A stretch of 64,000 nt of DNA, taken from NCBI GenBank assembly GCA_036785375.1, contig JAWMAR010000463.1:868001-932000 (forward strand), in the 5' to 3' direction. The notes under the pieces were generated by a model, which worked only from the letters and a program-made list of their open reading frames with translations, made no database searches and was not told where the DNA came from. This DNA comes from Leucoraja ocellata. Lineage: Eukaryota. Below are positions 12,001 through 24,000 of this stretch, in pieces; positions within the stretch are counted from its first letter, which is position 1, and every line of letters begins with the position of its first letter. The translations under genes were made by a program, and so were the position numbers.

Positions 12001-15000
12001 AAGGGCTGAGGCTAACATTTTGTACAAATGAGTATTAAATTGCCCCTTTGTAAGTGGCAATATCAATTTCTGAAGTACTAAAATAAAGGTCTGTGATGTG
12101 AAACATTTATTGATTTGTTCCAATGCTGGAGTCTTCACAGTATTTTCTTGATTCTTGTTTCTATGGTGGTATTTTGTATATTGTATTAATTGCAGGAATC
12201 TAAACAGCACTGACAAAACACAGATTCTATTGCTTAATGCAATAGGAGGACTTTATGAAGATGTTGCAGGTATTTTCCTAGTAAATTTGAGTGTCGAAGT
12301 TGTCTAGGTCTAAGTGTGTAAGTTCAGGGGGTCAAAATTGTTCTGTAGTCCAATTTGTGGTAGTCAAACCTGTATTGCATAAATATGCCCTCCAGACAAA
12401 CTCGCCTATGCTGACCACTGTCTAACTATGTAATTCTACTTTGGGCCTAATATGTCTCTTTCCTATCCAAATGCCTGTTTAAATGCCTTTTTATATATGT
12501 TGTAATCATACCTACTTCCACTTCTGGCAGCCTATTCCAGATAACCACCACCCTCTTGAAAAAGATGCCCCAAGATTTTTTTAAATTCATCTTAAACTTG
12601 AATTTAGTGAATCTCTCCATTGCCTGAATTAAATTCCATCTTCCACTGCTCGACCCAACATGCCAACTGATCTATGTTACTTGGTATTCCTGAGCCTCAA
12701 TCTTTGCTATCTGCACCGATTTTAATTTTGTCTACGAACCTAGGAATCTGATCACATATATTCTCATGCAAGTCATTTTTATACCAATCCCCCAGTAACT
12801 ACATGTTCCATACTTCCAATCAGAAGAGCCACCCAATACCTCCTATCACCAAGCTGATTTTGGATCCATTTAGGCAACGTGTCTGATCCTATATCCTTAA
12901 CCTCTGGGTCAAACCACCATGCAGGATTGTGGCGAGACTTTTAAGTGTACTCCTGCAACTCCAAGACTCAAAGGATTAATTTGATCCCAGCTGCATTCAC
13001 CTCACGTGAGCTTTCTCACTAACCAGACTTTCAATATGCCTCGTCATCAAGGGTTTCCTGCCAGCCTTACACTTCACTACAATGGGAACATGTTGACCCT
13101 GAACTCACCTTCTCTCACTTGTGGGAAGAGTGCAGAGGTTCTCCGATCCAGACAACATCCTAGTGGACTTCAGTTGAGTGGAGAAATTGGATAAGCTGGG
13201 GTTGTTTTTCCTGAAGCCAATGAGACTGAAGGGTGAAGGTACACAAAAATGCTGGAGAAACTCAGCGGGTGCTGCAGCATCTATGGAGCGAAGGAAATGG
13301 GCAATGTTTCGGGCCGAAACGTTGCCCATTTCCTTCGCTCCATAGATGCTACTGCACCCGCTGAGTTTCTCCAGCATTTTTGTGTACCTTAGATTTTCCA
13401 GCATCTGCAGTTCCTTCTTAGAGACTGAAGGGTGACCTGAGAGAAGTGTAAGACTGAGAAATATAGGGTAAATGGTCAAATCATTTTTCCGATATAATGG
13501 ACATCAAATTCAAGGGCATAGGTTTAAAATGATCAGGAGCTTTAAAAGGATTTTGGTGCTATGTTTTTTTCAATGATAGAACATGCTGCCAGAAGTGGAA
13601 TTGGATATAATTGGTATGTTTCAGAGGCATTCAGACAGGCATTTGAATAGAAGGATGCCCTTGCGTAGTCAAGTAAGATTAGTATAGATGAACAAAACAA
13701 GTTGATATGGAGGTCTGGCTGCGTGACTGAGTGCTTGAGTTTATTGTAACTAGAAAGATTACTGTAGAGTCTAAATGACAAAACATTTAAGTAAGTCTGC
13801 ATAATATCAGCTTGCTTACATGCCACCATGAAGCAAACATAAGTCTGAGGAGGAGGGTGTTTTACAGTCCTTCCTGGTTGGTCAAGAGCTTCAGTGAGGT
13901 TAATTGTGGTTGTTGCTAAGCCCTCGAAGCTCGAGGAATGACTATTATACTTGGTTAAGACCTGCAGTGTTGTGCATTTGTACACCTACCATAAGATGTA
14001 GTTAAGTTAGTTGTACTGATTTTTGAGCTGATGGCTTGAGTAGTCAAGCAGACTTATATTTGATAATTTATTGAATGTACTCATTGAAACTTCGAAAATT
14101 TCTAGCGGAGGAGGGAGAGAATCGGAAAGAATATCATTAAATGACTGAATAGCGTCAAAGCTGACTTGCAATTGGAAGCAGGATATATAAATACAATTGC
14201 ACTTAAATGGTGTGATTTTCCATGTTTGGTACTTGTTATCTGCAGTCTTTTGCTGTTATGATAGAGATAGGGTCCTGATTTTGTTGACATTGAATGAAGG
14301 TCAAGCATTAAGAGGCCTTCAATATTATTGAGGAGATCCATATCTAGTATTGGACATGGAATGTGGCTTAGCCACAGGTGATCTAACATAAAGCTGGAAT
14401 TTGGTATTGAATGTATGGGATGAAACCTGCACCTTAATAGCTATTTAATCAAATGTCTTCTTATTCTAGATCCACGAGAGAGAATAAAGGAAGAAGATAT
14501 TTATGTTGTACTCAGTCCTCAGCGCCGAAGCTTTGGTGGTGGCTGTCATGTAACCAATCCATCCAATAGTCGACGATCTGGAAGCCCATTGGAAAATAAA
14601 GAGAATGAAACTGTTCGTGGGTTGGGGTGCCAACGTAGAATTGGCAGCGGGCGAATAATTACATCACGGACCTTTGATCGGGATGGCAGAGAAAAAGACT
14701 TGCGTGACAGAGATCCCAGAGAAGGCAGGGAACGCGACTACAAGGAAAAACGTTTTAGGGTAAGATTTACTCCAGATTCCCCGCACAGTTTGAGGATTCC
14801 CCGCACAGTTTGAGTTTTTTAATGTCTTTCTAAGTGAGACCATCAGTCCCAAAATCCAATTGGCTACACTCAGAACATTGCAGTAGTAGTTTGGTGAGGA
14901 CATGTGGGCACTGGATGAGGGTGTGGAATGTTTTTGGTTGGGCGGATAGAAGGGAAAAATTGCTATTTGACCCCTCTGAAAGTTAACTTAATCAGTGGTT

Positions 15001-18000
15001 GCTGTGCTGAGGAGTTAAACGGCAACATTCTTTAACCTGATGATATTGCACTTAACGGCATCTTTGACTCTGGCAACTTACCACAGTGTTAAATTTAATA
15101 ACATTGCATTATTTTTTGTAGCAGCCATATGACTACATTTACAACTACTGATCTGAACAATTAAGATGTCAGTTTGTCATCATTCTAGGGTATTTGATGT
15201 GCATACTCGAAAGCAGTACATGTTTTGCTTTAAAGATTGCAATTCATTCAAACTTGTTTCTGGAAGTTCTAACACCCAAAGAACAGGATACTGAGTTGGA
15301 TGATCCGCCATGATCATATTGAATGGCGGTGCAGGCTCGAAGGGCCGAATAGCCTACTCCTGCACCTATTTTCTATGTTTCTATGAACATCCTGTTGTAA
15401 TGATAAATACACATTGGGGAGTGAAGCTTTAAATTTTGCATATTTAAGTTTTTCATTTAAGTTTTTCTTCTACCTTTGATCATATACCAAGCACATAACT
15501 TGGGGATGTTGGGGGAACCGTCTGGTTCTTAAACGTGTTGTCTCCCTTTTCTGCAGAGGGAGTATGGTGATGGCAAACGTATTTTTGGTGAGAGAAGGAG
15601 ATATGATTCTTACACTGAAGAGGAGCCAGAATGGTTCTCTGCTGGCCCTACTAGTCAGTCAGAAACTATAGAGCTGACGGGCTTTGATGACAAAGTACTA
15701 TTAGAGGATCCAAGACGGCCAAAGAGATGGAGGAAGCGATCGGAAACCCTTAAAGAAGGTAAGTGATGTTTTCATTGAGAGTTGTGCAGAATTAAATCAC
15801 AGATAATGATAAAGGTATGTTAGTTCCAAGTACTGTAGCAGCATGTAAAATACACTTGGTCGGGTGCATGGATAGGAAAGATTTGAAGGGGTATAAGCTA
15901 ATGGGACTAGCTCGAATGGGACATGATCGGCATGGACAAGTTGGGCCGAAGGACCTGTTTTCTTGTGGTGTTGCTGTATTGCAAAGTCTAGCTGCAGAGA
16001 GGGTTGTTGACTCCGTCCATGAGTTTGATGGACTTGTGTGGAAGGTGACTACAATCAATAAATAGGAGTCTTGTATAGGTGTGTTTATTATCCAAATGTT
16101 CCAGGGCTAAGTGAAGGGATTGATAGATGACATCCATGTGCCTGCTACTGTACCATGCGATTAGTGGTTTTAGGTTCTCTGCAATCTGGTTTTGAGCAAT
16201 ATTAACCTCTTGAAGCACTTATGATCATGAATACCAGAGTCACTGGGTGGTAGTCATTAAGGCACACGACTTTTGTTTTTAATCCCAGTGCCAAAGAAAA
16301 ATAAAGGTTGTATGCCTTAATGATCACCACCCAGTGACTCTGGTATTCACTGTCATGAATGCTTTAAGAGGTTGGTCATATTGCTCACAGACAGTTTGCT
16401 GAGAACCTAGAACCACTAATTGCCTGGCACTCCAGCAGGTAGCAGCAAGTGTGCAGAGGACTGTCTGCCAAAGTCAATCCAAGTGATTGGGGCAGGATGG
16501 GTTGTTTCCAGCAAAACTGTCTCACTACTTTGTTGCCCATTTAAGCATACAAACCTTGCCCCAATCATCGGGTCTGTGGCATTATTCTGGGACACTAGCT
16601 CGGTCAAGAATTCCCTTGGCATCCCTGAAGGCTTTGTGAAGGTCGTACCCAGATTTTTTTCTGCAGGTTTGGATAGTCCTGCTTGATCCCCCGCAAACCT
16701 GAACATCACCCAGGAATGGACCTTGCTGTTCATCCTTGGTTTCCCTTGTTAAACACTATGATTGACTTTGGCACACAGTCCTCTGCACACATACTGATGA
16801 AATCTGACGGCAGTGGCGTCTTCATTTAGGTTAGCCGGAGTCCTTGAATATGGACCAGTAAACTAACTCAAGCAGGATCTCGTCTGTATCCTCAGACCAA
16901 CAATTAACAATTTCTGTTCAGAATCCTCTCCCTTCATATAAACTTCTTTTTGTTGAAGCTGTTCAAAGCATTTTCCAATGTGCCTCTTGAAAGAGCAACC
17001 AAATATCTACTTAAAAGATAGAAATGATTTGAAACACAACGGGGAAATTAAATGATGAAGGAAAAATCTAGTTTATCCAAGAGCAGTCGTCATAGAACGA
17101 GCGGCTTCAAACTGTGTCCATATTCTAGCAACAGATCTGTCCAAGAAAGCAGATTATTTATACCTGTTGAAGGATCAAGAATGGGTTGTGGCTTTTTAAA
17201 AGTGGATACGGTATTGTAAAATTGTCTGATTCTTGATTAGTAAGTGTCAGTCTGGGGAGAAAGCAAGAGAATGGGATTGAGAGGGAAAGGTAAATCAACC
17301 ATGATTGAATGGCGGAATAGACTTGATGAATTGAATGGCCTAATTCTGCTCCTATAACTTATGAATTTATGAACTAGTAACACTAACTTCAATTAAATTA
17401 AGTTGTGCTGATTCTGAACACTGCAGCTAACCACTGTGGCAGTAAAGCGGGTGGCCTAAGACTTCTGAAAAGTGTTCATTGTTTTCTAGGTGTAGAATGC
17501 AATGGTGCTGTTCAAGCGTCAGAGGTATCTACTGTTGCTACATCAGAAGCTGACCAAGAAGTTCCCCAGGAAGCAGTCCTGCCAGAAACCTCTCTGGGAG
17601 ATTTTGACTTCAATGAGTTCTTCAACATGGAAAAAAGTGTACCCGGACTAGCATCGGTTAGTTGGCACTATTGGTGTTGGGATAAAGTGTAATGATCCAC
17701 CAACAGCTAATAGCTGTAGTTGGATTATTATGTTTTCAAAGGGAAGGTAATGATTCACTTGTTTGCTGGTGGTGCACTTCATAAAATCTTCCACTAATCT
17801 TAATCCTCCAGGCATTCATAGCAATTTAAAAACACAAACCGCAAATGCTGGAAACCTGAAACAGCAAATGTTGGCAGTGCATTCAGCAGGTCAAGCAACA
17901 TCTGTGGAAAGAAACAACTCGCATTTCTTGGTCTGATAGACCCAAACCTTTCTCTTTCCAGAGATGCCACCTGAGTCTTTGCAATGTTTTGGTTTCAGCC

Positions 18001-21000
18001 ATTCATGAGTTGATTCCCTAATGTTTTTTAAAACATTGTACCCTCTATTTTTTGGTGTATTTGTCTGCAATACTGCAGCCCATGCAAATTGTGCATGCAG
18101 CACTAAATTGGGCTTTCTGTTGATCTAAGTAACAAGGTATTTAAAGGAAATTGTACTTTGTTGTTAGGATTTTGTTTAGACGTGGTATGTTGGTCAGAAG
18201 GATACTTGCCTATGGTTCCTACTTTGCTATTAATTATATTGTTGACCCCATGACCTAAAGATATACAAACATTTGACCTTGTCTCATAATGCCTGTGATT
18301 AACAAAGGTTCTGCATTTAAAATTTAACGATTGCTGTTTACAAAATTCTCCCTTTTGCTAACAACATAACTATTTTAAATCATACTTGTGGGGAAAAATA
18401 CACTGAACAGATCTTGTTTTGAAATTGCTGCTGTGCTGCCTCTCCCTATTTGGATGAGGTCTTTACTTGGAATCTCAGCTCCTTGCACTTAAAAGACTGC
18501 ACTGCATAAATGCTGCCTGGGCACAAACAGCTGGCTGCACTTTCAGAACTTCTCTAACAGCTTGTGACGCACTGCCTTCTACACAGCCTCTTAAAATTGT
18601 ATGGTTGGAGCCTTTAATATTTGTGTGGAAGCCCTGAATTTTCTTCTTGTAATATTTAAAACAAAGCACTATCAATTAAAATCATTTAAAAATAATTGTT
18701 TTTCTGGGAGTTGCAATTAACTTTAATGGAGACTGTGCTTGTGCTGTATTTTAGCCAGCACTGGCTTGGGAAAGTCGGTGCTCCCTCACTGACTCCAAGA
18801 GTCGTCCATTAGGGTAGTCAGTAGCACGGGTGAGAGGAAGATGTTGTTGCTGATTTACGCTATTAGCACTGGAAAAGGAAGTTCCACATTTATAGACGTA
18901 ATCCCTGCATTTAGTTGACCAGCAATGTGTTGGCTTTATTTTCTGTACCTGTATCTAGTAATCTTATTGTATGTAATAACCTGCTCCAAGAATTTTGACT
19001 TTCCCAGCTTTAACTTCTAATCACTTTAAAAAGTGGTGTCCTGTCCTTAACATTTCTAGTTCCACTTTTGGTTTAAATGTGAATCCATTTCCATATTTTT
19101 TCCTGAATCTGGTGCTGCTTGTTATCCATTGTCCTTGTCATGGCTTTCTATTCCATCTAAATCATTTACAGGTTGACAGCACAACATTCTCAATCTGAGT
19201 ACCTGTTCCTTCAGTTCTGATTTCTAAGCTTTCAGATTGCTTTTATTTGTAACAATATTTCTGTTAATTGTTCATGCCCAGACAAAACTCTAGCTTGTGG
19301 TAACAAGTCCAATTGATAGATACTAATGTCAAATATCTACTGACCTGTCCAAAGATGTCAGGTAGTTAATATAACATAGTTTGAGGTGGTGGTTCATTTC
19401 TACCCATGCTACAATTTGTAATGAGTGTTAGAATAGTTTATTGCAAAGTGAAAAGAATTGTCTGCATTAATACACCCACCTATAAATGCCAAATTGCTGC
19501 TTTATTAAGTTTAGGCTGCATTGAGCATGATGAACGATTGCAGGTCTGCATTTGCACCTCCCCCTTTTTTTTTTTTGCAGTATTGGGAAGAGCAGTTGCT
19601 GTACCAAGCTGTGGTGGATCTGTATACAATGCTTATTTTGAATCCATAGACATTAGTAAGAGTCAATTCAATTGAATGTAGTGTGAATGTGACTACACTA
19701 AGAGCGTGTAAATTGAGGTTGGAATATAACTTTATTTTGATGAAAAAAATTACGATTATACAATTTTACAAATACTTGGGTTGGGCAGCATCTGTAGGGT
19801 TGACTTTCATATCAATAAACTTTTTTAATTTGGGTTGGAGATCGGCTGGTTTCATAAAACTGCCTTAAATTCTATCTAGTTGTTGGTGCCAGTATTGGAT
19901 AGTGTGGTTGCTGAAATATTTAGTTTGACATTGGTAGCCAGCCATCCATGTATTGGTTATGAAAATGTTGAGACGAGAGATGAAGTACATTCATTAAGTT
20001 AGGAAAATTGGGTCCATCATCCAACCATCATTAGTTGAGTTTGTACAGCAATCAGCAGCTTTTAACATGTATTGAGAGTCCCTGATTTGGGTTTTGAGCA
20101 ATCCATTTTGCTTTGTTGAGCTTGACTACAACATTTGAACTCTGATGTAATTATGGTCCAAGTTTCTGAAAGATTAATCTACTAATGTATCTAACCTCTG
20201 CAAATTTTACATATGCAGGTTGGAGAAGTTTCTCAACGAAGCTTCAAGTTACTTTTTGTTACTGTTCAAATGTGAACACCAGATGTTTGCATCAATAAAG
20301 TTTGCAATTTTTTGGGGGATGGGTAAATCTGGTTTTAGCTTTTGTGGCATGTCAAAACTAAGTGTTCACAAACCTTCAAGTTTGAATAAATGGACCAAGA
20401 TAGTTGCTTTGTTTGGGATGGTTAAATCTGTACAGCTGTTGTATAAGTGCTACCAATACATCCATGCTAATGTTATAGGACAAGCAGGAACCCTCCAATA
20501 ATCTCTTGGAAACGATAACGCTGAATATTTAGTACTTGACTGATTTGTTGAAATATCATTCACAAATACAAGAATAAAAATTAGGAATGCCAATATCAAC
20601 TATGTACTTGTTATGCCCATCACTAATGTGTAGTTATGATTATTTGGGGACGGGTGATTTTATTTTTTGCCCTATTATGGAAAGCAACCAAGCAGCGAGG
20701 TGGAGATGCAGTCAGCAGCCTCACTTACCGTTGGGGAAATTCAAAATTTAGCGCCAAAGGGCTGTGTAATGACGTAAGTTCAAAATTCTTCTATGTCACT
20801 TCCTCACTACATTTGGCCTGTTTGTGGCATTAATTTAGATTTTTCTTTTAACTAGATGATTGAAGAAGTGCTTGGTGAAGGATCTGTGTCATCCAGCCGG
20901 TTCAGTCAATGGTTCTCGAGTAACTTGAGTAGACCAGGTAGTCGTTCAAGTAGCCTGCGATCTACTCCACATGAAGAACTCGAGAGACTTGCTGGCAAGT

Positions 21001-24000
21001 GTCTTTTTTTGTGGATGTGTTTTAGTTTGCTCTCCATATTAAACGATGCAAATATGATTGTTTTCTTCCAATAACACACTGTTCAACAATGAATTCCTTT
21101 GGAGGATAGAGCTGAGATTTATTTTTAAATCTTGGATAATATAGAACTGTAAAACATCAATTTAAATTTAATCAATGATATTGGAATAAGCAGCACACGT
21201 TTCAGCATAGAATTTGGGGTAATGCATGAAGTAGAGTGAAATTCGAGTAATGCTTTTGAGTAGCCTAAAACTGAGTAACAAAGCCAAAGCAAATAGGCCC
21301 ATTACTTGAAATATAATTAAAGTATTGAGGATATTGCTAAGATTCGAGGGGCTGAGCTATGGAGGAGGGGAATGGGTGACGTTTCGGATCGAGACCTTTC
21401 TTCATCTGAAGAAGGATCTCGACCCAAAAGTCACCCATTCCTCTCCAGAGATGCTGCCAGTCCCGCTGAGTTACTCCATCTTTTTGTGTCTATGTACTTG
21501 TGAATTCTGTGGCATAAATCCAGTAACCCAGTTCTAATGAGCCAACAGTCAAAAATACTAATAACTAGTATTGCAAATGCTTTGGTTTAGCCTGTGAAAA
21601 GGCATCTCATAAATTAATGTTAACATTTTTTAAAAGAGAACAAATTGGAAATCCAAAACCAACAAATTGCAGGAAAGGCTCAGTAGGTCCAGCAGGATCC
21701 ACAGAGAGAGTCAATGCTGTGTCTGCAACCTTGTGTCAGAAGAGACTTTCCGCCTTGCTGGTTTAAACTGAAGATGGACACAAAAAGCTGGAATAACTCA
21801 GTACGACAGGCAGCATCTCTGGAGAGAAGGAATGGGTGACGTTTCAGACCAAAACGACTCAAAACGTCACCCATTCCTGCTCTCCAGAGATGCTGCCCAT
21901 CCTGCTGAGTTACTCCTGCTTTTTATGTCTATCTTCGGTTTAAACTAGCATCTGTAGTTCCTTCCTACATATAACTACATAGTGGGAGAATGTCTTGGCA
22001 CAACAGCAAATTGCATAACAAAAGTGGTATAGAATAGCATGGCTTCCTTGTGGTAAGCTGCATCTATCTGTAGATGTCTGGATCGTAGTTCTTGATCCTG
22101 ACTGCACAAATATTGGTGTTTAGAAATGGTGCTTATGGGTAACTTGCTCCTACACACGCCAACACTTGACTGTCTCAACCTGACAATGCAGTACCTCCAA
22201 ATAGTATTGAGCAAACTAACTTGTATTTTAAGCTGTTAATGTTGAAGTTCTGAATATGTTTACTAAACCTAACATGTTTTTGGGCTCAGGTTTGGAGCAG
22301 AGGATCCCAACTCCTGTTACGCAGCTTGGAAACTATTTTGCTCCCATTCAATCACGAGACGATAATAAGGAGATTAATAAAAAGGTTGATATTTTAGAAA
22401 TACTGCGGAAAGCAAATGTGGACGTGAAACCACTGCTGTCCAGTCTCACCGCCAACAAGGAGAAACTAAAGGAGAGTTGTATGTATCTTATTTCTACATA
22501 TTCACTGAACTGAATTATGTTATTTAATGCTGTCTTGAAGTTTTTTGTTTTTTTCAGTAACTGCTCTTCATGCAGTTTGGTAGTTTATAAATTTGGCAGG
22601 TTAATTAGCCACTCTAAACTACCCTAGTATGTAGGCAAATTGGAGAATATGAGTTGATGGAAATGTGGGTAGGATACAAATTTTGTGTTTGAAGGTCGGT
22701 ACAAGCCACAAGGCTAAAGGGTCTGTTTTCATACTATCTGACTGACTCTGGTTTGTAAGTAGCTATTAGCCATGTTATCATCTCTTTGATTGCATGAGCG
22801 TCTTGTACATGGATACATATAGTTAATTTAGTGCTTGTCAGTCGGCAGTATCAGTAATAATGAAGCTACTGTCAAAGGGATTTAATAACACTTAAAGGTG
22901 TTTGTTCCGGTTTTACCTGCACCCACAACTGTTTCAAGTAGCTATCTACATTTCACCAACCAAAATGTTTCATTTATCATAAAGCTTATTGATATATCCA
23001 CATTTTAGTCATATAAACAAGCATATCACAAAAATTCAGTGCATGTTTGAAGTTCTTTGAGTTAGAACATCAAAAAGTGCATCAATTGCCCAGTTTGTAA
23101 CTGGATTGTCTAAATTGCTACAATTATTAATGGGTTGTTTCCAGATACAGTATAAACATATTTTGTTCTCTGCTTTGCAGCTCAGACTGGAGTGGTTTTG
23201 TCTGTCGAAGAGGTGGAAGCAGAACTGAAAGGTCTCAAAATGGAATCCGAGAGAAAACTTGCCACCCCTTTCATGGTGGAACATCTGGAACAGACTTTAA
23301 CTGCATCATCTGGTCCTAAACACATACAAAAAAAAGACACTGATATGACTGCTTTCAATAAACTAGTTAACAGTATGAAGGCAAGTGGAACCTTGCCTTC
23401 ACAGTCAAAACCCACTGTAAGTAGAAATTTGACTGCTGATTCAAGTCATAGACTTGAGCACTGTCTTCATAATGGTTTGTGTATTTTCTAGTTAGTGCTT
23501 AGTGATGGGCATAATGACTAATAACTTATTGTAAATTGATGTAAAAGTTTAATGTCCAAAAATGTGCAAGCCCTGACTTTGGGCTAGGTCATCTCTTTTA
23601 AATTAAGTTCCTGTCTGTCTCATAACCTGGCATTCTCACAGGTCTTGTTTGGTATTTGATCTGATGCTTGCTTTGTGTTGGAAAAATTGAGCAACATTAT
23701 GTAATGTATTAATCAAACGCATTCTTATCTATCCTTTTAACTAGAGCATAAGTAACCCAACAGGAAATGCAATCTTTTCATTTGGAAACTTTTGAAAACA
23801 AATTACACAGAAGCAGTTTTCCTATGGCCCACCTGATGTATTCATTCAAGATGTGAATTTCTTCGGAAAGCTTACTATTAATTTGCTCTTGCTAGTTGTT
23901 CCCTGCACGGTTGGGGACAATTGTAGCTTTATTTTATACGTAATTTGGATAAGTGACCTTAATGTTTTTGCTCTGTACCCAAAGATGTGTGGGTGCTAGT

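Noticed and set aside
23417-23431. Intron start translates as VSRNL, like the next human 4E-T residues
   Set aside because: gtaagt is a perfect donor that inevitably reads VS, and the frame runs into unrelated sequence and a stop at 23491. Likely coincidence.
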